Of a DNA stretch of 64,000 nucleotides, positions 32,625-41,206 are shown piece after piece; positions within the stretch are counted from its first letter, which is position 1, and each line of letters starts with the position of its first letter. Location of the stretch: positions 85,439-149,438 of the forward strand of contig PDIP01000023.1 of NCBI GenBank assembly GCA_002811645.1, given 5' to 3'. A program made the position numbers and the translations under genes. The notes under the pieces are model-generated. The model had not been told where the DNA came from and did no database searches. It was given only the letters and a program-made list of their open reading frames with translations. Origin of the DNA: Corallochytrium limacisporum Hawaii (lineage: Eukaryota > Protista > Pluriformea).

Positions 32625-32633
32625 AAGAACCTG
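32625..32633 (-). promoter_or_regulatory. Recurrent upstream element CAGGTTCTT (DUF4286)
   Basis: GT at 32630, 143 nt before ATG. Confidence 0.45.
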
Positions 32634-33514
32634 TCAACAGCCTGATCACGCTGCGTACGCCACTTTTTTGTGTGTCACTGTTATAGAGGACGCATTATTG
32701 TTTCCTACCAATCCAAACTCGAATCCAAGTGTGCTTTCCTGCAGCCTCTGCTTCCATCAACCTTGCGAATATTTAAACAGTCCTCCTTCGTGTTCCCAAG
32801 GCCTTCCCCCTCACGCCCCGCCCGGGCCCGATCCTCCCCGAACGGTCGCCCTGCCCTTTCCGTGTTTGGCCATTAATCTTTTATGCGCTCGCGCTTCGCT
32901 CGTGTGAGGGCTTATGGGTTCTGTCGGCCGTGTACTTTTACCGTTAAATTCACAATTTCTTGTGTCCCAGATCTTCCTCTGGGGCCTCTTTCCCCACCGA
33001 CCGCACTCCACCCTACACCGATCTTTGTCAAAGGAAAGATAAGAGAAATACCTTCTCAACCCCGGCAAACCCCCTAGTAAATATAAAAATACACCAGGCG
33101 CCATCTTGAGAAAAACACCCGAAAAACCGCGAGCCAGAGGAATCCCGGTGCGGGCCCCGAGAGCCGGAGCGTCGATGAGGCTGGAGACTTTTTGCGGGCG
33201 CAAGGGATGTTTGATATCCGGGCTTTGAATGTAATATCAATCAATATTTTGGTCGAGTGGGTCCCGGAGGACGGAAAACGTTTGAAACTATCTGGGGCTT
33301 GGATGTTGTGGCCCCGTGCCGTTTTGGTCCCATGGCAAGCTCGTTTTGGTTTACCTTGGCGCTGGGTACTTCAAATCCGTCCGTAATGTGAAACATATTG
33401 AATGCTCTCTAAAGAAAGAAAACCAACCACGTTCCACGGGACTTCATTGGGGTGCCGCTGACACGAACAAGGTTTAGTTGTAAAGAAATCGGAACATAGA
33501 CTAGCTCCGCAGCC

Positions 33515-34603
33515 ATGTATTCAGCAGTGAGTGGACTGATGAAACAGTATGGCATGAGCCAGCAAGAAGAACAAACCCAGTCGGAAGAAGGAGCAGACCA
33601 ACCAGATGAGGATGTGAGGCCAACCACAGAGCAACGGACAGCGGACGGTATGGCGACTGAAGACGCCTCTGGAGCAATGACGGACGGCCCGGAGGGACCG
33701 GACGACACACCAATGCTTAACTTCTGGAACAAAGTCAAAACTGCCGTAACAAGCAAAGAAACTTACGAATCTCTGCAAAAAGGTGCGAATCAATTTGCCA
33801 CCGCTGTGACTTCAGAAGAGACATACAGGAAACTAGGAGAGAACGCAAAAGGCTTTGCGTCAAATGTAAAGGAGAAAGTAGAAAACCTAAACCAGGACTT
33901 TGAACGCATGAATCAAGACTTTGTCAATGAAAAACGCAAGCAAACCCAGGGAGTTCAGCCTCCGTGGGCAGGGTATGACAACAGTGACGAATTGAAGGAG
34001 AAAATCCTGAACATCTCCTCCGATTCCAAATACCTTCTTTCTGCCCCTTCCGCATCGGCGCGGTTTGAGTTTGATTTTGAGACCTACGAGCCGGTCGCTG
34101 CGGCCAGTCTAGAGGCAGACCCCCGCCTGCAGGAACTGCGCAAACAATTGGTTCCCAAGGAGATCAAGGAGCAAGAATTCTGGCGGAACTACTTTTACCG
34201 CGTGCATTTGATCAAGCAGAGCTCCTCGTTGATGACGACGAGAGGTAGCCCGAGGGGCAGCCCATCATCGGAGCTGAATGTTACTGAGGACGGAGTAGCG
34301 GGAACAAAGACGAGCCGGCCCTTGACTCCTGCGTCATTGAATGGCAGCGGAGCCGAGCTTTCCGGGGGCACTGCTGTGATCTCTGCCCTGAAGGATTCCT
34401 CTCCGAAGCCGACGGACCCAATGTCAGCACGGGAGCCAACCAGTGAGACAACGACCACAGCCGCAGGGAAGGCAGCAGAGGACGAGGCCCCTGAATGGGA
34501 GAAGGAATTGGAGGCAGAGCTCGACGACCTTGATCTGGGCGGAGACCTGGGCGATGTCGGTGCTGCTGATATTGACTTTGATGATTTAGAGAACGAGTTG
34601 TAG
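33515..34603 (+). CDS. SYAP1: BSD-domain protein, synapse-associated protein 1 (SAP47) family
   Basis: PPWAG..LKEKILNIS.D, FEFDF, LVPKEIKEQEFWRNYFYRVHLIKQ and WEKELEAEL. Confidence 0.88.
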   Translation: MYSAVSGLMKQYGMSQQEEQTQSEEGADQPDEDVRPTTEQRTADGMATEDASGAMTDGPEGPDDTPMLNFWNKVKTAVTSKETYESLQKGANQFATAVTSEETYRKLGENAKGFASNVKEKVENLNQDFERMNQDFVNEKRKQTQGVQPPWAGYDNSDELKEKILNISSDSKYLLSAPSASARFEFDFETYEPVAAASLEADPRLQELRKQLVPKEIKEQEFWRNYFYRVHLIKQSSSLMTTRGSPRGSPSSELNVTEDGVAGTKTSRPLTPASLNGSGAELSGGTAVISALKDSSPKPTDPMSAREPTSETTTTAAGKAAEDEAPEWEKELEAELDDLDLGGDLGDVGAADIDFDDLENEL

Positions 34604-34695
34604 ACAGTAAAGAACATAAACAATCATAAGACTTAACGGTTTAAAGTCTTTTTTGGGTCCGAGAGTTATTGTTGTCTATGTGTTTGTTTTATTTC

Positions 34696-37600
34696 CTAAT
34701 TTCCATTTGCGATTCCGTTCATTGTTTGCGTAATGTGCATGACATATTTGCGGATCAGCTCCTCGTCCACTTCTGGGCAGGGGATGTTGGCCTTAGACAG
34801 GGCATCCTTCATCTCAGCCGAGTCAAATTCGATGTTGGACGCAAGGTACCGACTGAAGGAGTCGAGTCCGGCTTCGAGCTTCAGTAGCAAGACGTTTGCA
34901 GTGTCGTTAGCCTCGTCCGAGACTCGACGGCGAAAGTCAAAGTATGGCACGGGCTTCAAGGTGGCTAGATTGCCCTTGAACATTGAAAAGAACTGGTCTG
35001 ATGACGTTGGCGTGTGCGGGGACTGGAGATGAAGAATACGACCCAGGGCCCGTCCCGGGGACTGGCACGCGAGGTGGACTAAGGCCTTGGCGGCCCAATC
35101 GACGGGAGTCATGTCAAAGCCCCAGTTCACATCATCGGGGTAGGTTCTCGTTCGCATACATCCGAGCATGATTAGGCGCATGAAATCATCGTCCTGCCAC
35201 GCACCGTTAAAGCTGGCACCGCTCAGGTTTCCAGGGCGCACGATGCACACGGGCAGGCCGCGTTCACGAGCACGCAGACAGATCTGTTCTGCGACCCATT
35301 TGGTCTGTCCGTAACCATCTTCTAGATCTTCCCAGTGCCCCATGGGATCGTCCTCCATGCACTTCCCGTAGCCAGTTGGGAAGACACCGTTTGTAGAGAC
35401 GTAGAAGACCGGCTTTACGCGAGTTGCCCCAACGTCGAACATACCATTGGTTACCGCAAGGCGCAGAATTTCTTGGGTTCCGAGCACATTGGTGGCCTTG
35501 AGGCTGGTGTACGGCTTAACCAAGTTCACAGCCGCTCCGTTGTGGATAATGGCATCCACCTCACCAGCCAGACTCTTCCATTCGACATTGCTCAGCCCGA
35601 GCAAAGGCTGGTCCAGATTGCCACAGACCGGGATCACACGGTCATAGAAGCCAAAGTACTCAGCCTTGCTCAGCAATTGGTAGTGCTGGAGATTCTTCTC
35701 TAGGCGCCGGAAGCCTTCATCAGGATCTTCAGCGCGCACCAGGCAGAAGAGCATGCACTGGGTATCGCAGAGGAGGTAATATATGAGGAATGCACCAAGG
35801 AAACCAGTGCCGCCAGTCAAGAGCACACGTTGGGGCGGTTTTGTCGCATCACGCACGCGCAGACGCGCGTATCCTGTCTTGCGGGTAGCGGCGGGATAGA
35901 TAGCCGGGTCGAGGAACACCTCGCGGAACAGATCCAAGGGTGCCTCACGGGAAACGCCATTGGAGATTCGAGGGCCCGTAGAGGCTAGCCAGGGGCTGGT
36001 GGGACCGCTGGCCAGGCGCTTGGGGGAGCGCATCTCAATGGAGGCGCGAAGTTCCGGACTTTTGGCCACTCGCAGGGCAAGCACAGTGTACAGCACTTCA
36101 CTAACGCTGCTCTGTTTCATGAAGGCGGCAGTCTCGAGGTTCAGGCCCTTGAAAGTCTTGTTCAACTCAATTACTAGCCGCGAGGCAGCCAGGGAGTGCC
36201 CGCCGAGGTCAAAGAAGGAAGCGTTGGTATCAAGCTTGAGCGGATCTTGGCGGAGAACATTGCCGTAGCACTTGCGAATTGTAATCTCGGCGGGCTGCAG
36301 GTTCTCCACCTGATCCACCAAGAAATCCAGGGTTGGACTCTTCACGAACTCCGCTACGGGGATCTTGCATTCCTCGCCAAACAAGTTCGTCAGGCGATTA
36401 AGCATCCGCACGGACAGAAGCGAATGACCACCATTGTCGAAAAAGTTGGCGTCGTGATGCAGCTGGGCCGCGTTGACTTCGAGCAGATCTCCCCAAACCC
36501 CACGGATCAGACGTTCGATCACATTCGGAATATGGGACAAGTCACGTTCTTGCGGCTGACGCAGAGCCACTTTGTTTTCCAGAACCTCTGCAGTGTCCTC
36601 GTGTCTGAGCGGTTTACCCGTAAGCATCGAGTTGGTCGCCGTGGTGGCGGCCACATCTGTGTTCATGCGGCTGCTGCCTAGGTCCAGATTCTCAATCTTT
36701 GGTAGTTGCTTACGATCAAGCTTACCGCTGGCAGGATGGATGGGTAGAGCAGGGATGTCCATGAAGACGGAAGGAATGGCATAGTGGGGAACTTTGTCCT
36801 TCATGAAGCGCTTTACATCCGCAACGTTTGGTTGATCATCCCAGGATTCCGGTACAACATATGCCACGAGCTTTTTGTCCTCACCTTCGTTGCCGTGGGT
36901 CACTACCACAGCAGAAGAAATCTTGGGATGCTCACAGAGTGCCACCTCCACCGCTCCAAGAACGACTGAGTAGCCACGAATCTTCACCATAAAGTCACAT
37001 CGACCGATCAGTTCTAGTTCACCATTGGGCAGTAGGCGACCTCGGTCACCAGTGCGATAAAGGAGCCTGCTCTGAGGGTCCTCAGGATCATAGAATGGGT
37101 TGCGCACGAAACGTTCCGCAGTCTTTTCGGGCATGTTCAGATAGCCTTTGGCCAGGCAGGGGCCACCCACATACAGCTCACCAGCGACACCGAGGGGCAC
37201 ACGCTGCAGATTGTCGTCCAAAATGTAGACACGGACATTCTCCATAACGTGACCACAGCTGGCGTACTTCACACTCACCTTGGAATCCATGTTATTCAGA
37301 TCACAAACCGACACATCGTGACATTCGGAGATACTGTACAGGTTCAGCAGTTTCACACCGGGCATGGCATTTAGAAGAGCATCTCGCAGCCTGATGGTCA
37401 CTACTTCACCGCACAGCCACACAATTTTCAGAGAGCTCATCTTCTTTGACAGCTCTTCCGTCGGAATCACTTCAACAATCAGTTCCGCCATGGATGGGGT
37501 AAAGAGAATGCGGGTGATGTCGTTGCCCTGGATGAAGTCAACGACCTTCTGCGGGTCATAGATGTCCGTGTCCGGGATGACGTAGCTGGTAGAACCCCTC

Positions 37601-39165
37601 AGCAAAGGCCTGATGACCTCCCAGACAAAAAAGATATTGCATGCTTCACGTTCCCCCTCGTCATATGGGTAATGCACGTAGCGCCAGTTGTAACTGTGTA
37701 CCGCTCCGCGATGGGGACACACGATGCCCTTAGGGACGCCAGTGGTGCCACTGCTCAATACTGTATACGCTGTGTCATCCGGGGTCGGTTTCGGCCGATC
37801 CTCCGGCATGGGTGGTGCTGTTTTGCGGATGTTTTCGAGCCAATCGCCCTCCATGATTAGTTGCTTCTGCCAACTCGGGAGCTTCTTGGAATGGTGAGTG
37901 AAAGTCAAAACGCAGGGTGGTTTTGCCTCACGGCACACTCGCTCCACCAATTCCTTCGGATAGACAATCTCCATGGGCATATACCCACCGCCGGCCTTCA
38001 GAATGGCCAAGTATGCAATAGCGTACTCCATGGACCGTTCCATAAAGATACCGCCCACCTCATTTGGCCGAATCCCCGATTCATACAAGTAATTGGCCAG
38101 CACAGTCGTGGCATTGTCCAGTTCAGCGTAGGTCATGCTGCGACCGCCGTCCACTACCGCAGTTTTGTTTGGTGTCTTGGAAACCTGTTCCACAAAGAGC
38201 TCATGCAAACACTTGTCGCGGGGATAGTCCATTATGTGACTGTTCCATTCGTCCATGATGTTGAGCGAGTCGGCTAAGTTCTTATCCAGATCTCCCTGAA
38301 GCTGAGATAGGAGATCCTGGAAAAATGCACCGCGTTCTTCTGGATACCAAGGGTAGTATAGGTTCTTGCTCGAGGACCACTGCATGTCAAAGACTGTGTG
38401 ATCAGTCTTCTTGAAGAGTTTCTCCCATTCAATGCCCGATATTCCCATGTTTTGTACTTCTGTTTCAGTCGAGTACAGTGTCGCAGGGCACCGAAGGTTG
38501 TAGTTCCTCTCATCTAGCATGTAGTACTGGAGCCGATCGACATCCCTACGGTATCGCAAGACACTGCTTTCATTCGCGTTCTTTATGGGAACTCTGAACA
38601 GCGGGTGGCCGAGCTGAGCCAGGTCGCTGAACAAGGTCTCGTCATCCATGCCCATGGCAGCTTTCCTCATATAGTGGGCTCGAGCCGGTGCCGGCGCGTT
38701 CACCATTACCAGGCGCAAGGGACGTGAAAGCGAGTGGCTTGCCAAGCGATTTGCAACCTCAAAGGCGTACAGCCCACCGACCCCCATACCAAAGAGAACA
38801 TATGGAACATTTAGGAATGGAGCGACCTGTTGGGCCAGGGCCTCACTAAATGCGTCCGCGTCACCGTGCATGGAGCTGGCTCGCTTTAGACTAATCCTGG
38901 TCTGGTCCTTTACTGCACGGGAACCTGCATGGCGCATTTCCACTAAATCTGGGTTACGAGTTTTGCGCTTCTCCACCCGAGGTTCTTCTGTGAACCGAAC
39001 ACAGTAGATCTCCACATTGTCTGGGAAGAGTTGATGCCAGCCGTCAAAGGCCATCTCATTGCCACCGGCATATGGGAAGCAGAAGATACGAATGCTCACA
39101 TCCTCCTTGACCTCCTGACACTTGATAAAAGGACTCACCTGAGTCCAGACAGATTCGTTCGCCAT
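34696..39165 (-). CDS. NRPS-like reductase: degenerate TE - adenylation (ATRR-like) - T - T - thioester reductase
   Basis: FCFPYAGG TEII-like start. A motifs SSGTTGVPKG, LYRTGD, VKIRGYSV and SGKLDR. Two GGHSL carrier motifs. R domain LTGGTGFLG, HNGA, NVLGT, GYGQTKWVAE, RPG. Confidence 0.93.
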   Translation of the reverse strand: MANESVWTQVSPFIKCQEVKEDVSIRIFCFPYAGGNEMAFDGWHQLFPDNVEIYCVRFTEEPRVEKRKTRNPDLVEMRHAGSRAVKDQTRISLKRASSMHGDADAFSEALAQQVAPFLNVPYVLFGMGVGGLYAFEVANRLASHSLSRPLRLVMVNAPAPARAHYMRKAAMGMDDETLFSDLAQLGHPLFRVPIKNANESSVLRYRRDVDRLQYYMLDERNYNLRCPATLYSTETEVQNMGISGIEWEKLFKKTDHTVFDMQWSSSKNLYYPWYPEERGAFFQDLLSQLQGDLDKNLADSLNIMDEWNSHIMDYPRDKCLHELFVEQVSKTPNKTAVVDGGRSMTYAELDNATTVLANYLYESGIRPNEVGGIFMERSMEYAIAYLAILKAGGGYMPMEIVYPKELVERVCREAKPPCVLTFTHHSKKLPSWQKQLIMEGDWLENIRKTAPPMPEDRPKPTPDDTAYTVLSSGTTGVPKGIVCPHRGAVHSYNWRYVHYPYDEGEREACNIFFVWEVIRPLLRGSTSYVIPDTDIYDPQKVVDFIQGNDITRILFTPSMAELIVEVIPTEELSKKMSSLKIVWLCGEVVTIRLRDALLNAMPGVKLLNLYSISECHDVSVCDLNNMDSKVSVKYASCGHVMENVRVYILDDNLQRVPLGVAGELYVGGPCLAKGYLNMPEKTAERFVRNPFYDPEDPQSRLLYRTGDRGRLLPNGELELIGRCDFMVKIRGYSVVLGAVEVALCEHPKISSAVVVTHGNEGEDKKLVAYVVPESWDDQPNVADVKRFMKDKVPHYAIPSVFMDIPALPIHPASGKLDRKQLPKIENLDLGSSRMNTDVAATTATNSMLTGKPLRHEDTAEVLENKVALRQPQERDLSHIPNVIERLIRGVWGDLLEVNAAQLHHDANFFDNGGHSLLSVRMLNRLTNLFGEECKIPVAEFVKSPTLDFLVDQVENLQPAEITIRKCYGNVLRQDPLKLDTNASFFDLGGHSLAASRLVIELNKTFKGLNLETAAFMKQSSVSEVLYTVLALRVAKSPELRASIEMRSPKRLASGPTSPWLASTGPRISNGVSREAPLDLFREVFLDPAIYPAATRKTGYARLRVRDATKPPQRVLLTGGTGFLGAFLIYYLLCDTQCMLFCLVRAEDPDEGFRRLEKNLQHYQLLSKAEYFGFYDRVIPVCGNLDQPLLGLSNVEWKSLAGEVDAIIHNGAAVNLVKPYTSLKATNVLGTQEILRLAVTNGMFDVGATRVKPVFYVSTNGVFPTGYGKCMEDDPMGHWEDLEDGYGQTKWVAEQICLRARERGLPVCIVRPGNLSGASFNGAWQDDDFMRLIMLGCMRTRTYPDDVNWGFDMTPVDWAAKALVHLACQSPGRALGRILHLQSPHTPTSSDQFFSMFKGNLATLKPVPYFDFRRRVSDEANDTANVLLLKLEAGLDSFSRYLASNIEFDSAEMKDALSKANIPCPEVDEELIRKYVMHITQTMNGIANGN

Positions 39166-39627
39166 CGGATGTGCACTTTATTGGAACTCTCCTTACATAC
39201 TAGACTATAAATGGATCAAATTCTCTCCCCACAGTCTTCCTCGAGACCTCTGAAACCTAATTCTTTACATAGCAAACACACATCCATGGTTGTCGCATGT
39301 CGCGGATGCAAAATGCTTTGCTTCATATACCACCCATTCTATGCTCCTATATCACTGGATCACCAAACCAACCGCACAGGCGCAGGCACAGCTCTGCGGA
39401 TACACATCATCGTTTCGATTCAGATCTCCTAGTGGACCCGATCCCTAAACATCCGACCCCGTGCGCTATGTGGCTACCCTCACCCTTCTCGTCCGTACCA
39501 AATTTTCCTACTCTTCCTAGTCTGCGCGACGAGACGAAGGGGATTAAATCAGAGCGAGTGAGGTGTCGGGGTGTGTGTGTGTGTGTGTGTGCTTTTTCAA
39601 ACTTTATCATTTTGCGAAGGGGGAGGG

Positions 39628-39678
<51 letters not shown>
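39628..39678. repeat. (TGC)17 trinucleotide microsatellite
   Basis: Perfect repeat in the divergent NRPS/LIM intergenic region. Confidence 0.97.
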
Positions 39679-39679
<1 letters not shown>

Positions 39680-40232
39680 CGTGCCACCCTCTCGGGCGGC
39701 GAAGGAGGCGGGCCGGCCATGTACCAGACCCAAGGGAAAAAGAGTGGATTTTCTTCCCACCGTTACCGGCCTTTTGGGGTGCTTCAAAGCTCTGAAGGGA
39801 GGGGGGAGCGCGAACAGAAGAGAAATTAAAAAGAAAAGTTTAAAGGAGAGAGAGACCTGAGCCCAAGAAAAAAAAAACCACGGGCGAAATAGAGAGATAC
39901 CCAAAACGTGAAATAGTGAAATGGACAGCAGCTCCGACTAGTTTCAATAAAGGTGGCACGAGTCGGGCGCTGCGACTGCATCATCGAATCGGCGGGCGAT
40001 CGAATAAACGATTTAGCCAGTGGGGAAGGGGGGGGGGGGGGGGGGGGGGTTATTTGGTTTGGGCCCGTGGGTTTTTTGGTCAAAAGTTCAAGTTCCGCCC
40101 ATTTGTCAGGCCACCCTTTGTTCGGAGTTCTTTTTATTGGTGTTTCGCAGTTTGTGGGTGGATTATGTGGCTGTCGATACGGGCCTATCACAGCGCATTG
40201 TTGTGGATGGAATTCGGATGGTTCAATCAACG

Positions 40233-40241
40233 CAGGTTCTT
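40233..40241 (+). promoter_or_regulatory. Recurrent upstream element CAGGTTCTT (LIM)
   Basis: GT at 40236, 142 nt before ATG. Confidence 0.45.
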
Positions 40242-40377
40242 GGAGCAGGGCAGATTTGAAACGGTAAGCAATACGGATACCGGCTGCACCTCCCTTGCGT
40301 CTGTTTGTTACTCAAAACGTATACACAGTGTAATTTTATATGATCAGAAGTGAAAACAGAACACACATATTACAAAA

Positions 40378-41055
40378 ATGAGTTTGGACGACCTTGATAA
40401 CATTGCGAGCAACTTCCAGCAGGACTTCGCCAGCGCCAGCGCCGGGGAGACTTTCGTTGGCCGATGCGCTGTCTGTGATCAACAGATCACGGACGACAAG
40501 TACAAGCTTGGTCCCGGGGAGAATACCTCTGTGCGGCCCAAGTACCATACTGCTTGTCTCAAATGCCACAAGTGCCAGAAAGAATGCAGCGATAACTTTT
40601 ACCTCGTTGAGAAGGACAAGAAGGTGCTCTGTGAGGAACACTACTTTGAAGCCAATCTGTCCAAGTGTGATAAGTGCGGTGACTACATCAAGGACCGCCT
40701 GATTGAGGGCGCGGCTGGACGCAAGTACCACGCGTCATGCTTTGTCTGTGCCAAGTGTAACACGTCGCTGGACGGCAAGGAGTACATGATGAAGGACGAA
40801 TCAAGCCCTGCAATGTGCTCATCCTGTTTCAACGATGAGTATGGTGTCAAGTGCACGGGCTGTGAGCAGCAGATCACCGCGAATGGACCGGACGGGGGAA
40901 AATTTTTCCGCATTGGTACAGAAGGGATGCCATTCCACCCGAGCTGCTACAAGTGCAAACAGTGCAAAACGGCACTGGCAGTCGAAGGGGACAAGGCTGT
41001 GGGTGTGCCGTACGAGGGCAACGTGGTCTGTGCTACGTGCTATCCTGGAGCTTGA
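40378..41055 (+). CDS. Triple-LIM protein, zyxin/LPP/Ajuba-like
   Basis: Three complete LIM domains. LIM2 (LSKCDKCGDYIKDRLI..GRKYH) and LIM3 with inserts (FHPSCYKC..C..AL..E..G.PYEGNVVC) resemble the zyxin family. Confidence 0.85.
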   Translation: MSLDDLDNIASNFQQDFASASAGETFVGRCAVCDQQITDDKYKLGPGENTSVRPKYHTACLKCHKCQKECSDNFYLVEKDKKVLCEEHYFEANLSKCDKCGDYIKDRLIEGAAGRKYHASCFVCAKCNTSLDGKEYMMKDESSPAMCSSCFNDEYGVKCTGCEQQITANGPDGGKFFRIGTEGMPFHPSCYKCKQCKTALAVEGDKAVGVPYEGNVVCATCYPGA

Positions 41056-41206
41056 AAATAAGGTACACCGTACTGACCGGCCGCATGATCACCAACCTCC
41101 GATTCGTCTTCAACAAAATAAAATAAATTCTCTCTCTCTCTCTCTCTCACATTCTCGTTCACATATCGCAAAAACATTATGTATTGATATCATTAAGTGC
41201 ACGTAT

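Noticed and set aside
34696-39165. Lys2 alpha-aminoadipate reductase call
   Set aside because: A-domain signature, TE-like N-terminus and tandem carriers fit an ATRR-like enzyme better.
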